Positions 38,553 to 52,035 of a stretch of DNA of 64,000 nucleotides are shown here, piece after piece. The notes under the pieces are model-generated. The model made no database searches. It was given only the letters and a program-made list of their open reading frames with translations, and was not told the origin of the DNA. Origin of the DNA: Felis catus. Lineage: Eukaryota. Every line of letters begins with the position of its first letter. Position 1 is the stretch's first letter. The translations under genes were made by a program, and so were the position numbers. The stretch is from NCBI RefSeq assembly GCF_018350175.1, contig NC_058382.1, forward strand, positions 54,686,001 through 54,750,000. The letters are read 5' to 3'.

Positions 38553-39439
38553 TACATCACGCCTCCCTCCTCGAGGGAAGCTGAGGGACCAGGGAGGGGC
38601 TGCAACTTGCCCAAAGCCAGGCAGCCAGCAGAGGGAGGACGGGCTCCTGACCCTCATTCCAGGCTTTCAGTCCTGGGTCAAGTCTAATCAGTTGACTAGT
38701 GTCCATTGGCCAACCGCTAACTAAAGATTGTGCCTCTGTGGCCATGCCTGCCCAGAGAGGCCATAGCCAGGCTTCACGTCGGGCTATGCATTATTGGCTC
38801 TGAACCCTCCTTGGCCAGTTACTTAAGAATTTCCTGCTTCAGTTCCCTCTTATGTCCAACAGAGGACTGCTGCCAGGGCTATGTGAGCAAAGGCACCGGC
38901 AACCCAGTGCCTGGCACATGGTGCTCAGTGTCTTCCTTCTCTCGAGGGCTTTAACTGTGTGCTCAGATTCATCCCTCTCTGCCTCACCTGCTCCTCCTGC
39001 GTCTGGGTCTCTGTGAATAGCCCTGCTATTCTGTTAGTTGTCCAAGGCAGGAGACTTGGTGGCCCTTTGGGGTGTCTCCCCCCTCCTCCATATTCACTCA
39101 GACTCCCAGTCCTCTCCATTCCAGGTCCTCCAAATCTCTGTTGGTTCCCTCCATCCTCTGTCTGTCTCGTCTTGCCGCCTCCCCTGGGCTCCTCCTGCTG
39201 CAACCCTCCATACCGCAGTCAGAAACAACTTTTGAAACCTCAAATCTGAGCGTATTCCATCAGTATGAACTGTTCAGAAGACGCAGATCCTTAGAGACAG
39301 GAAGTAGATTAGTGGTTGTCAGGAGTACAGAGCTTTGTTTTGGGGTGATAGAATGTTCTGGAACTAGATGGTGATGGTTGTACAACATTGTGAATATTTT
39401 AGAAACGCCTGGATTGTATACTTGAAGATGGTGGATTTT

Positions 39440-39610
39440 GGGGGGCACCTGGGTGGCTCAGCTGGTTAAGCATCTGACTTCAGCTCAGGTCACGATCTCA
39501 CTGCTTGTGAGTTCGAGCCCCGCGTCATGCTCTGTGCTGACAGCTCAGAACCTGGACCCTTCTTTGAATTCTGTGTCCTCCTCTCTCTCTGCTCCGCCCC
39601 CACTTGCATT
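39440..39610 (+). mobile_element. Can-SINE with its 3' tail replaced by AT-rich repeats
   Basis: Normal head and body to CCACTTGCATTCT, then non-SINE sequence. Confidence 0.85.
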
Positions 39611-40469
39611 CTTACAAACCTTACAATTACACAAACATGACACAACATTAAGGTTTAAGATTTTAAAAAATCTTAAGATTTTAAAAATTTTTAAATTTTT
39701 TACACACAAACATTACAAAAAATCTTAAGATTTTAAAAAATTTTAAATTTTTTGCATTAAAAAATTTTTTTTTCATCTTAAAATTTTCTTTTATGCGAAT
39801 TTTATTTCGGTAAAAACAAAAAAAAATGCACAAAGCTCTGATCCTGTCGTACCCTGTTTTGACCTGCCAAGCTGTCCCCATTCTTCTGAGCATTAAAGCA
39901 AAGCCCTCGGTATGGTCTTGTTGACCTTTATCATGGGGCCCCCGCTTAACTCTCCAGCCTGAATATTTGGGGCATCCTCACTCGAAAATTACAGTCCAGT
40001 CTTGCGAAATACTGACCCATCAGGTGGTGTTTCAGCTGGTCTGGAATCTCTTGGTTCAGGTTCCTCCAGAGAGAAGACTTCAGATGTAGGTAGTTTATCC
40101 GGGACGTGATCTCAAGAAACACCGGGAGGGAAACCGGAAAAGGTGGCATTGTGAAGCCACCAACCACCGTGAGCCATCAGAGCTGAACCCTCTGGATGCA
40201 GTGCAAAGCATGCCTCACATTGTCCCGACTGAGGGCAAGGAAGTGGTGGCATTTGACGCCCTACTCCCCATCCATCACCGGGTGACAGCTGCTTCCAGGG
40301 GCATCGACTCCAAGGTGTTGCAGCTTGCCCAGCGTGTGGGCAGGGCAGCTCCCACAGTGAAAACGAAGCCTTCCGGCAGAGAGCTGCAGGTAGTTGCAGA
40401 TGGCAGCCTTCGGGGAGAGGTCTGTGCCAGGAGGACGAGGGTGGGGCACCAACCACGTTCCAGCACCCT

Positions 40470-41045
40470 AGCTCTGGAGCAGAGCTGTTCGACAGAAATA
40501 AAATGCATGCCACACGGGCCCTTTTAAGTTTTCCAATAGCTACAGCCAAAAAAGTAAAAACCAGGTAAAGTTTATTTTAATAGTATATCTTAACAGATCC
40601 AAAATACTGTAAGTTCAACATGTAATCAATATTTTTTAAATTGCTGAGGAGGGTCGCCTGGGTGGCTTAGTCGGTTAAGCGTCCAACTTTGGCTCAGGTC
40701 ATAATCTGACGGCCCGTGAGTTCGAGCCTCGTGTCAGGCTCTCGGCTGACAGCTCAGAACCTGGAGCCTTCTTTGAATTCTGTGTCCTCCTCTCTCTCTG
40801 CCCCTCCCCTGCTCACACACTCTCTCTCTCCCCTGCCCACAAAAACGAAACATTATTTAAAAGAAAAGACATGAAAAAATAAAATTGCTGATGAGATATT
40901 TTACGTTTTCCTTTCACGCTTAACCTTTGAAATCCAATGTGTGTTTTATACTTACAGCACATCTCAGTTTGGACTAGCCAGGTTTCAATGCTCAGTGGCC
41001 ACACGAGGCTGGTGGCTACCATATCGGACGGCACAATTCTAGAAT
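40470..41045. mobile_element. MER33-like MITE interrupted by a plus-strand Can-SINE (about 40650-40865)
   Basis: MITE ends visible. SINE TSD TAAATTGCTGA(G/T)GAG. Confidence 0.75.
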
Positions 41046-41460
41046 GTTCTTTCCTTGTGCCTTTGTGAGACAAATACCTACGTTCCCTCAAGACCCAGCC
41101 AGTGGCTCCTTCAGGAGGTACCCTCCCAGCTCTCACTCCACCTTGGGGTGAGGTTCTGTTCCATGCAGCACTCTTGTAGAGCTGGTGACGTCACCTTTAT
41201 CCAAGTGTGGTTTGGGCATCTGTTCATCCATCTCCTCTGTGAGTAGTAAGTAGCTTGAGGACAGGGGTGATATCTGTTCATCTTTGTATCCTCAGTGCTA
41301 GCACAATCTGGGCATGTCCTACCCATTCTGGAAACAACTACTCTATGAACGAATGGGTGCGGTGAGCGGCACTGGGACTATGGCCTCCGTTCCTCTCCGT
41401 GGCCATGTCTCGTAGTTTTCTGGTGGGGACGAAGAAACAAAACTTTCTTTGTCTTAACAG

Positions 41461-41589
41461 GCAGGATTCCATCATGGCTGCAGGGCACTCTGCTTCGCAA
41501 TGGGCCCGGAATGCACACAGTGGGGGAGACCAGATACAACCACTGGTTTGATGGCCTGGCTTTGCTCCACAGTTTCACGATTAGAGACG
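41461..41589 (+). CDS. BCO1: BCO1 coding exon 2
   Basis: Acceptor TTTGTCTTAACAG|, donor |GTAAGA, 129 nt. GRIPSWLQGTLLRNGPGMHTVGETRYNHWFDGLALLHSFTIRD has the carotenoid oxygenase motifs RNGPG and HWFDG. Confidence 0.96.
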
Positions 41590-41599
41590 GTAAGAGTAC

Positions 41600-42090
41600 C
41601 GTGTCGATTTGCTATTGCTGATGAAAGACCACCACAAGTGGAGTAGCTGAAAACAGCACAGATTTACAGTGGTGGAAGTCAGAAGTCGAAACTGGGCATT
41701 GGCAGGGCTGTGTACCTTCTGGAAACTCCAGGGAGAGAGTCCATTTTCTTGCCTGTGGCCGCTTCTAGAGGCCACTTGTGTTCCTCGGCTTGGGGCCCCA
41801 GCTCCATCTGCAAAGCCAGCAGCAGGCCATCTTGTGTGCATGCTCTCTCCCTCACTCTCCCCCGACCCTACCCCCCTGCTTCCATAATCACATCTCCTTC
41901 TCTGACCCTGGAGTCTGCCTCTTATAAGGACCTTTGTGATGGCATTGGGCCACCCAGATAATCCAAGATAACCTCCCTTCTCAAAATCCTTAATTTAATC
42001 ACATTTACATTGCCCTGTAAGGTAACATACTCATAGATTTCAGGGATTAGAACATGGACATCTTGGGGAGGCCATCATTCAGCCAACCAC
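41600..42090 (-). mobile_element. MaLR LTR (MLT1C/D-like) starting about 10 bp after the BCO1 exon 2 donor
   Basis: GGGCCCACCCAGATAATCCAAGATAACCTCCC...GGGATTAGAACATGGACATCTTGGGG...ATTCAGCCAACCACA. Confidence 0.8.
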
Positions 42091-42669
42091 AAAGCACAAA
42101 CCTCCCTGGAAAGGTGGCCAAGGTTCTGTTTCGAAGATTCCAACCTGCAAAATAATATGCATTCTCAAGAAGGTGGGCAAGAACAGGAGATTACTGGCTT
42201 TGGAATCAGACATGCCTCAAGTCAAAATTGGAAGAGCATAGAGCTGAAAAGAACAGAGGTCAGTCTGTTGCTCACCAGGCAAGGCCAGTCGCTCAACACC
42301 AAGCTCAATGGTTCTTCCCTGGAGGCAAATAGAAATGGCTGGACAAGGCAGAATCCTGAGTGCAAGTCCTGGCTCGAGAGGTGGATTGTAGGCTATTTGC
42401 TGTTGGCCGTGCTGTCACAACAGCATGCTCTGAGTTCTTACGGACATCCGGGATGGGTGGCGTGAGGCTTTCACAGGCTCAGAGTCACATGCTGGGCATG
42501 TTCACGTCCAAGTGCTTCTTCAGCTTGGTGACATTTTTCTTGAACCCCTGCATTCCAGCATGATAAATTGGTCACTTCACCTCACTTGGCCTCAGTTTTC
42601 TCCTCAGCATAAAGGTCTTGATGATTCCCTCTGGAGAGCTGTCGTGATCGTTAGAAGTCCTGGGTGTCT

Positions 42670-42895
42670 AGGGGCACCTGGGTGGCTCAGTTGGTTGAGC
42701 ATCTGACTTCGGCTTGGGTCAGGATCTCCCGGTTGATAAGTTCGAGCCCCAAGTCAGGCTCTGTGCTGATAGCTGAGTCTGGAGCCTGCTTCAGGTTCTG
42801 TGTCTGCCCTTCTTGCTGCCCCTCCCTTGTTCATGCTGTCTATCTCTCTCAAAAATAAGCAAACATTAAGAAAATAAAAAAAATTAAAAAAAAAA
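42670..42895 (+). mobile_element. Can-SINE with TSD
   Basis: Flanked by AGAAGTCCTGGGTGTCTA(G). Confidence 0.93.
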
Positions 42896-44020
42896 GAAGT
42901 CCTGGGTGTCTAGCAAGCGTGTGACACATGGTAGGTAGAGAATAGGTTGAAAACCACCATCGTTGTCTCTGGGTTTGAATCCCATCTTCTTCCTAGCTAA
43001 CATGGACCCAAGCTGTGTGACCTTGGCCAAGTTACTCACCCTCTCTGTATCTACCCCCCCCCCCATCTGTAAAATGGAAATGTCAGCATATGTCATAGAT
43101 ATTCTGCGGGCAGTGGGATCTTTTATATATACAGTTGCTGTGCAAGTTAAAGGCATTAATATGTGTAAGGAACATTGTATAATGCCTGGCACATAACATA
43201 TGCTCAGTAAACATGACCATTATTTTTTTCTTAATTACTAGTTCTTTTAAGCCATTCAGCAATTACTTTTTTTTTTTTGAGTGCAGACTCTATGCCAGTG
43301 GTTTGCTCCAAGATTTCACAAATAGAGACCCCATGTGTGAAAACCATGAGCTCTGAGTTTACAAAAACAAACAGATTTTGCCAAGACTGAGCTACAGAGT
43401 GGATGGTTCCATATTTCCTGACAGCCCTAAGCCTTAAAAATCCCCTTTTCTAGACGACAGTTACCAGTGATTCCTAGGGAAATAAAGGTGCATGAAAGAT
43501 AAAGGTACAGTGGCTTCCTTCCCATGAGGCCCAGCTTGGCTGGACTGCCAGGTCCTTGTGGCCTGTTAGTGCTGTGTGGGAGATGTTCTTGTCCCCTCTT
43601 TGCAGACATGGTAATGGGAACTTCAGAAAGGTTGAGTGACTTATTTGAGGTTACGGAGGTAGGGCTGGGATTTGATTTGTGTTCTCTAGGGTTACAGTTT
43701 GCAACAATCCCTGCTGTCCCTACCCACCCCCACATCACTCCCTGAGAAATGGCGGGTAGCCTAAGTGACCCCTAACAGCTTACTGAGTGGTGGCTTCCAC
43801 ATCCCTCCATAGGGACTCCAGGGACAAGGGACTCAGCAGGGATGACCAAGCTATGGCCGTCTTGCAGAAGCATGGCTGCCATCCACCCAGACCCTTGAGT
43901 GGGCTACACAGGCAAGTGACCAAAGTTGCCCCATGCTGCTTAGACACTCTAGAAGTTTGTCATAGATTTTCAAACTCAAAAATTGTTGTCAGAGGTAACT
44001 GGTCATTTCGTTTTCTTTTA

Positions 44021-45966
44021 TGAGGTGGTCAGTCGGATGTGACCACAAGAGGACACCCAGAGAGGCTTGGGAGGACAAAGGCTGTTATCCTCACAGGTCC
44101 TAGGAGGCACCATGTCACACAGGCCCACAGGGGACAGCACCAGGGGGATCCAGAAGCAGAAGACTGAGCAGGGGAAGCACATAAGCCATGGCCTGTACTG
44201 GGGTTTCTTTTTTTAAAAAAATTATTTATTTATTTTTTAATTTATATCCAAGTTAGCATATAGTGCAACAATGATTTTAGGAGTAGATTCCTTAAACCCA
44301 TTTAGCCCAACCCTCCTCCCATAATCCCCCCAGCAACCCTTTGTTTGTCCTCTTTATTTAAGAATGTCTTATGTTTTGTCCCCCTCCCTGTTTTTATATT
44401 ATTTTTGCTTTCCTTCCCTTATGTTCATCTGTTTTGTCCTTATGTTCATCTTAAAGTCCTCCTATGAGTGAAGTCATAGGATATTTGTCTTTCTCTGCTC
44501 TAATTTTACTTAGCATGATACCCTCTAGTTCCATCCACGTAGTTGCAAATGTCAAGATTTCATTCTTTTTGATTGCCGAGTAATACTCCATTGTATATAT
44601 ATATCACATCTTCTTTATCCATTCATCCGTCGATGGACATTCGGGCTCTTTCCATACTTTGGCTATTGTCAATAGTTCTGCTATAAACATCGGAGTGCAT
44701 GTGCCCCTTCAAAACAACATACCTGTACCCCTTGGATAAATACCTAGTAGTGCACTTGCTGGGTTGTAGGGTAGCTATATTTTTAGTTTTTTGAGGAGCC
44801 TCCATATTGTTTTCCAGAGTGGCTGCACCAGTTTGCATTCCCACCAGCAGTGCAAAAGAGATCCTCTTTCTCCGCCTCCTCGCCAACATCTGTTGTTTCC
44901 TGAGTTGTTAATGTTAGCCATTCTGACAGGTATAAGGTGGTATCTCATTGTGGTTTTGATTTGTATTTCCCTGATGATGAGTGATGTGGAGCATTTTTTC
45001 ACATGTCATTTGGCCATCTGGATGTCTTCTTTGGAGAAGTGTCTATTGGTGTCTTTTGCCCATTTCTTCACTGGTTTATTTGTTTTTTGGGTGTTGAGTT
45101 TGATAAGTTCTTTATAGATTTTGGAGACTAATCCTTTATCTGATATGTCATTTGCAAATATCTTCTCCCATTCTGTCAGGCTGCCTTATAGTTTTGCTGA
45201 TTGTTTCCTTCTCAGTGCAGAAGTTTTTATTTTGATGAGGTCCCAGCAGTTCATTTTTGCTTTTGTTTCCCTTGTCTCCAAAGACATGTTGAAAAAGAAG
45301 TTACTGCGGCCAAGGTCAAAGAAGTTTTTGCCTGCTTTCTCCTCAAGGATTTTGATGGCTTCCTGTCTTACATTTAGGTCTTTCATCCATTTTGAGTTTA
45401 TTTTTGTGTATAGTGTAAGAAAGTGGTCCAAGCTCATTTTTCTGCATGTTGATGTCCAGTTTTCCCAGCACCACTTGCTGAAGAGACTGTCTTTATTCCA
45501 TTGGCTGTTCTTTCCTGCTTTGTCAAAGATTAGTTGGCCACACGTTTGTGGGTCCGTTTCTGGGTTCTCTATTCTGTCCCATTGATCTAAGTGTCTGTTG
45601 TTGTGCTATGTACTGGGGTTTCTGAGGGAAAGACATGACAGAGCAGAGTAGATAGCATAGAATGGCTGGTGTGAATAGGGTTGGTGGGCTTTGGACTATA
45701 GGGGTGCTCCCTGATTGCCTGGCACCTGGCCCTGGGGTGATTAAGGTGGAGGTAGATTGCATTCCAGAGTACATGGGCCAGACAGAGGAGGTCTGGCTCT
45801 GGATTGGGTCATTTCCCATGTCATCTCAAAGATATGCTGGGCCCTTGGCTACCTCTATGAACTGGCTAGTCCAGGGAAAGATAGTTTCCCCCAACCAGAA
45901 AGGTTTTTTTTTTTTTAAGATGTCAAAACATCATAATATACGGAAAATAAAAATGTATATACAATA
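44021..45966 (-). mobile_element. Old LTR (MER54/MER74-like) split by the L1
   Basis: Minus-strand start TATTGTATATACATTTTTATTTTCCGTATATTATGATGTTTTGACATCTT resembles the recalled family consensus. Confidence 0.5.
44209..45608 (-). mobile_element. 1.4-kb 5'-truncated carnivore L1 (ORF2 3' part and 3' UTR), antisense in BCO1 intron 2
   Basis: ORF2-like translations ([23 protein letters not shown]..., LDHFLTLYTKINSKWMKDLNVR...) with frameshifts. Perfect 15-bp TSD TGTACTGGGGTTTCT at 44194-44208 and 45609-45623. Confidence 0.95.
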
Positions 45967-47204
45967 GTTGTATCCATAATCTGGAACTATGGAAAATGCG
46001 AAGTAAGGAGAGTCCACCCAATTACTCACCCTTCCCCATGCTGCTCTTGAACCTGGCTTGTGTCAAGTGTACGTGACTTGATCTGCTTTGCAGTGGTCAG
46101 CTCACCATTCTCCAGCCTGTGGTTGGAAGCCCAGAGCACAGGGTTTCTGTTCAAATTGTGTTTCATCACCCAACACAGGGCCTGGCCCTAAGGGACACTA
46201 GAAAACTCTTTATGGAGCCAAAATGGCGTGAACGAGGTAAAGCTTGTTTGGAAGAAGGAAGCAATCTCCCAGCCCATCTCTTCACCACTCACTACAGGGA
46301 GTGCTTGATGGCCACTGGCCCAAGTGCTTCATGTCTACCCACAACTCAGCCCTCCCTACAGCTCCTAAGGAAGGTACCGCTCGATTTTACAGAAGAGTCT
46401 GAGGCCCAGAGAGGACATGTAACTTACTCAAATACACACAGCTAAGAAGTGGCGGAGGGCAGGTATAATCCAGAATCCAAAGACCTAAGCTTTATGCAGT
46501 TCTGTCCCCCTTCCCTCTCCTGCCAGCTACCTCCCCCCCCCTCTTCATCTCTCCAGCTCAGTCCTCTCAAGGCTGCCAGATTGCCAACCCTGGTGTGGCA
46601 CAGCCTGGCCTCATGTCTCCTCCTTCTAGAACTCCCAGTGGCTCCCCATTCCACTCCCCAAGAGTGGAAACGTAAACTAAATATATTACATACTACTATA
46701 CATGATTCAAGAGGGCATACACAGAGTGAGCAGGGTTCTCTGATTTGCAGATAACACAGAGCCAATATTTCTCAAAAGGTGGTTTGTGTGCTTCTCACAT
46801 CAGCTTCCCCTAGGATTAAAGCTGCAAATCCTGAGACCCCACCCAGGCCTGAGTGGGTCATCATCCTAAAGAGTAAGGTCAGAGCATCAATGTTTCTAAC
46901 GCGTTTCCTAGATGATAGATCACATCAATCAAAAGAAGCCCTAACTCGAAAAAAACTTCGAGCAGACCGCCACAGTGGACCTGTATCCTAGCCGCCCTGT
47001 CCCACCCAAGACCAAGGTGGCGCTCAAGCTTCTGCCACTGTTTCAGGGCCCCAGGTGATTTAGTGTACAGCCAGCACAGAGAACCTGAATCAGCCAGACC
47101 AGCAAGAAGAGACTGGAGTAAGAAAGCAAAAAGACAGAAAAATGGTGTGTGGCCTTCAGCAGAGGCCAGTGAAAGTTAATGCTTTGAAAACCTAGCAAAG
47201 ATTT

Positions 47205-47425
47205 GGGGCATCTGGGTGGCTCAGTTGGTTGAGGATCCAACTTCGGCTCAGGTCACGATCTCACGGTTCATGAGTTCGAGCCCTGTGTTGGGCTCTGTGC
47301 TGACAACTCAGAACCTGGAGCCTGCTTTGGATCCTGTGTCTCCCTCTCTCTCTCTGCCCCGCCCCTGCTCATGCTCTCTCTCCTTCAAAATTAACAAACA
47401 TTAAAAAAACAATAATAAAATAAAA
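47205..47425 (+). mobile_element. Can-SINE with TSD
   Basis: Flanked by TGAAAACCTA(G/A)CAAAGATTT. Confidence 0.92.
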
Positions 47426-49717
47426 TGAAAACCTAACAAAGATTTAACTAAAGGAGGCAGAGCGCCGGAGAAACCAGACAGACAAAGGAGTGCTCTTTTT
47501 TGTTAAGTCTAAAATTGTTTGAAAATTAAAATTTTTTTATAAAGCAGGCATAGAGGAGAATGAACCCAAGTCTCCCTCAGCAGTACATTTGATACTTTTC
47601 TAATAAGAGGCAAGGTCATTGTCCCATGAGGATTTGAACATGTGAATTCCAAGAGCCAGCATCACCAAGGTCTGGGGACAAAAAGAGCTCTTGAGAACTT
47701 AACCTTTCCTGAAGCGGACTTTTTTGAATTATTATAGCCCTAAATTAGCCTTTTAGAAGTTTGCTTAAAATGGGGAGATAAGTGTATATAAAAGATCCTA
47801 CTCCCCACAGAATATCAAACTTGACCCAGTTCTAGAAGATTCCAGGCAGGAGCACAGCTGTTTACTTGTGTCCCTTTAGAAAGAATGTGGCTAATTGGGG
47901 CTCACCAGGGATCAGGGTGCTGGGGAATGTGCAGTGGCCTTTAATCTCTGCCTCAGAGTTCAGTGTCAGCCTTGAGCAACTCCAGAGACCCGTTTTCCTG
48001 TGGCCCCTGAGCCCTCGGTGCTCTGGGACTGGTTGTTTATATGAAATGGGCCTCCTGCTGACAGCCGGCCTGGATTGGATGTTTACATTTCAAGTGAGCA
48101 TAACTCAGCATTTTAGGTGAAGCACCTTAGCTAGTGTCTGTGGGTGGCATACCTCAGAGAGAGCGACCAGTGAAGGACAGGCTGGCTCTGGGGGAGGCCA
48201 GGATGGCCCTGTAGCAGATTCTGTGTAACGCGTGACCAAAGACCAATGTACGTGTGGCCTCACCAACCCCCAGCTGAGTCTTCCTGCCTCCAGGATTTTT
48301 TTTGGATAATTCAGAAGTTCAGCAGTCGTTACTTGGCAAGTGCATGCTGTGTGCCAACGGGCCGAACTCCCTGTATCATTCCATCTCATTTCAAACAGCC
48401 AATCCCATCTGGGGAAGGGTTGGGTGATCCCGAATTTCCAGTTGAGAAAACTGAAGTTCAATGAGAGAAAGAGACTCACCCAGGGTCACACAGCTTGGAC
48501 TGGGACTAAACATGGAACCAAAGCCCTGCCCACTCTACCTGCTGCATTTCAATAGCATGTGTAGCTTTTATTGAACACCTACTATGTGCTGCGTGCTTTA
48601 CAGGCCTTAAGTGTTATAGCAGCTCTGTAAGGAACATACCAAGATCCTCACATCAGAGCAGAGAAGACAGAGCCTTGCCTCTGACACAGGTCAAGTGCAT
48701 GGATGGTGGATGACCAAGCAGAGTTGAATCCCCTCAGGGGTAGAGATTTGCCTTCCCTGCGCGCCCCCCGCTTCCTGGCCCACAGAGGTGTTTCCCGGGT
48801 AGTAGATGAACACGTGAACCCAGAGCTGGATTAACCGAAAGCCCCAGCTCCCAACCGTTCCTCTCTATTTCTTCCTGCTGCCCCAGAACAGAGCTTTCCA
48901 TCCTGAACTATCTCAGTGGTCTTTATTCACAGCAGCCACCTCTGAAAAGATGTTTGAGGACAGAATGGATGGTTATCTGCCCCTGGGCACACACCATTTA
49001 CCTCCTGAAGACAGGAGAAAGAACCAGAAGGTCCTTCATGATCTCTTCCAATTTTTGAAGCCTACTGTCACCATTATTGTTATTTCCATCTAAGTGCACA
49101 GGTGGGAATCATTACCACTGAAGTGGACCCTCCCATCCTTTGGATACAATACAATCCTGAGGGTGAAGCCAATCGAGGCCATCAGAGGGCGAGATAGTGG
49201 TTCTCTGGGTGGGGGGAGGCTGGACAAGATACGAGGGGCTTCCAAGGAGGTTCTTGTTCTGTCAATTAGGAGGTAGCTCATATGGGTAGGTTCATTTGGT
49301 GAGGCTTCATCAAGCCATGCAGTTACGGTAGCACATTTCTCTAAGTGTATTTTTAATAACAACCATCGGACAGAATGGTCAAACTGATGGTGGTGGCTGT
49401 GTCAGGATCTGAATCCAGCTTACCCCCTCACTAGCTGTGTGGCTTCAAGCAACGTACTTAATCTCTCTGTGCCTCGGTTTTAGGAATTGGAAATGGGTCT
49501 GCAGGGCCACGAGTGCCTTGGCTCTTTGTACTTCATTTGCTAAGAAATTTGAAACCTCCCTGCGTTGTTTAAATTTTGTTTCGCTGTTAATTAGCTAATG
49601 CCATTAGGTTGATTTTTTTTTTCCCCCTAAAGAACGCGTTTCTAGTTGGTGTATTCTATACACTTCCACTGTTCTGAGAATTAAACCAGAAAATACACAT
49701 AAAGTGTCCACACAGTT

Positions 49718-49932
49718 GGGGCGCCTGGGTGGCTCAGTTGGTTGAGCGTCCGACTTTGGCTCAGGTCATGATCTCGTGGTTTGTGGGTTCGAGCCCCATG
49801 TCGGTCTCTGTGCTGACAGCTCAGAGCCTGGAACCTGCTTCAGATTCTGTGTCTCCTTCTCTCTTTGCCCCTTCCCCACTTGTGCTCTGTCTCTCCCTGT
49901 CTCTCAAAAATAAATAAACGTAAAAAAATAAA
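49718..49932 (+). mobile_element. Can-SINE
   Basis: GGGGCGCCTGGGTGGCTCAG head, AATAAA tail, TSD-like GTCCACA. Confidence 0.9.
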
Positions 49933-50685
49933 AGTTTTTTTTTTTAACGTCCACAGAGCACTTAGCACACCCATGCTCAATAAATGTTAGCTCTTAGCAC
50001 GATTTCCTTTCCTGAATATAAAAAGTCACCGGACCAGAATTTCTTGGGAAGGTGTTCCCACGCCCATTACTCGAAGTGGATATGTGATGGGCATTTCTCG
50101 GATCAACTTTTTTTATGGGAATGAAATGTCAGTATGACCTGCACCCTCCTTTTTTGCATATTATATATAATTGTACCAGCATTGGAAACCTACATTTGAC
50201 TACAGCAAGGAATGTGTTCTTTAGGGTGGAAAAATCAACATGTCACTTGCTAATTAACAGCAAAATTAAATGAAAATTTAAAAACCCACAGGTTTCAAGT
50301 TGTCCAGCAAATGAAGTTCAGAGGCCTCCTGTAGCCCAGTAGGGTGCCATCCCTTGACCTCATCTCATTCCTGCTGCTCCCAAGCCCCTACCTCATGCTC
50401 AAGCCCGTCTTGACTCAGCTCTTACAGGAGGTGGGCTGGCCTTTACACCACCAGGCCTGTGCTTTCACACTTTCCAGGAAGAATGAATGGAAATGCCTTA
50501 CTCCCTCTCCTACTTGCACCTCCCCAGTCCATTGTGGGCAAACAATTTTATTCATCTTCCAAGCGCTCTCTCGAGTGCTTCCCTCCTCCAGGAAGACTTT
50601 CCTGATCATCCACTCCCAGGTGGGCTTCCTCAGCTCTCTCCTCTTTTCTCCCCCACCCCTGCTCCCCTTTGTCTCCCAGAAGGGA

Positions 50686-51027
50686 CCTGTGAATATGTTA
50701 CAGGTCAGCCTGCAAAGTAAAAGGGTCTTTGCAGATGTGACCAAGTTAAGGACCTTGAGTTGGGGAGTTTGTCCCTGTAGGCTGGGTGTAATCACAGGGG
50801 AAAGAGGAGGGTCAGAGGGTAGAGTGATGTGACCACAAGCCAAGCAATGCAGGCAACTTCTGGAAGCTAGAAAAGCAAGAAAAGGATTCTCTGCTGACCC
50901 CTTGCTTTTTAGCCCTTAAGACCCATTTCAGCCTGTATCTTCCAAAATGGTAAGATAGCAACTTTGTGTTGTTTTAAGCCACTAAGTTTGTGGTAATTTG
51001 TTACAATAGCCATAGGAACCTAATACA
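50686..51027 (+). mobile_element. MaLR LTR (MLT1D-like)
   Basis: CCTGTGAATATGTTAC...CTTTGCAGATGTGA...TTTAAGCCACTAAGTTTGTGGTAATTTGTTACAATAGCCATAGGAACCTAATACA. Confidence 0.8.
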
Positions 51028-51089
51028 GGTCTAGAACCATCCAGTACATTTTCAGGTTGGTCTTGATGAACTGGTCAAGAGTCCCTGCT

Positions 51090-51304
51090 TTAAAAAAAAT
51101 TTTTTTTAATGTTTTTATTTTTGAGAGAGAGACAGAATGAGAGTGGGTTAGGGGCAGAGAGAGAGGGAGACACAGAATCCAAAGCAGGTTCCAGGCTTCA
51201 AGCTGTCAGCACAGAGCCCGATGTGGGGCTCGAACTCACAAACCATGTGATCATGATCTGAGCTGAAGTCGGACGCTAAACCAACTGAGCCACCAAGGGT
51301 CCCC
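51090..51304 (-). mobile_element. Can-SINE with TSD
   Basis: Flanked by AAGAGTCCCTG. Confidence 0.9.
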
Positions 51305-51905
51305 AAGAGTCCCTGATTTTATGTAGTGACTTAGATTTTCTCCAGTAACTGCATGAATTAGACATCCACACACGTACTGACCTGCTACACAGAATTGGGC
51401 CCTAGGTCACCCTCTGGTTGTAATAGGCATCAAATATTACTCCAGGGGCTAAAATGGCCAACGAAAGGCTTCCAGGGCTGAACCAGACCCTGGGGAAACC
51501 CAGACCCCAAGTATGAGGCCTTCTGAACCATTCCTCCAAATCTGGACCTCCCTGGAGGGAAACCAGCATGGTAGAAGAGATGGTCAATGGGTCAGGTCAG
51601 CACCTCTTGGTTAGGTGACATTAGGCCAGGCAAGGGAATGTTCCTGTTCCCTGCCATGTAAAATGGAGCTCATCGGGATACTTACCCTGACATACAGTTG
51701 TGAGTCTCAAGTGAGAAAATGTGAGTCTCAAGTGAGAGCTTGCTGCAAATGCTCTTATATCCACATGTTAAAAGGGACTGCTTTACTGAACTCACCTCCC
51801 CTGTATCCCCCCCCCCATAATACCCCTAAAATGGCTGAAATTGACCTTAAAACTCTGTAAAAGTGTCAGCCTGGGATGATTCTGCATCTTTTTTTTTTTT
51901 TTCAG

Positions 51906-52035
51906 GTGAAGTCTATTACAGGAGCAAATACCTGAGAAGTGATACCTACAATGCCAACACCAAGGCCAACAGGATTGTGGTGTCAGAGTTTGGAACGATG
52001 GCCCATCCAGACCCCTGCAAAAACATATTTTCTAA
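51906..52035 (+). CDS. BCO1: BCO1 coding exon 3
   Basis: Poly-T tract plus CAG|, donor |GTAACT, 130 nt. [44 protein letters not shown] contains the PDPCK motif. Confidence 0.96.

Noticed and set aside
44623..45585. L1 ORF2-like ORFs as a functional gene
   Set aside because: 5'-truncated and frameshifted retrotransposon remnant.
51699..51738. 21-bp tandem duplication TGTGAGTCTCAAGTGAGA
   Set aside because: Real, but it is an ordinary slippage event within MIR-like intronic sequence about 170 bp from exon 3, with no evident consequence.
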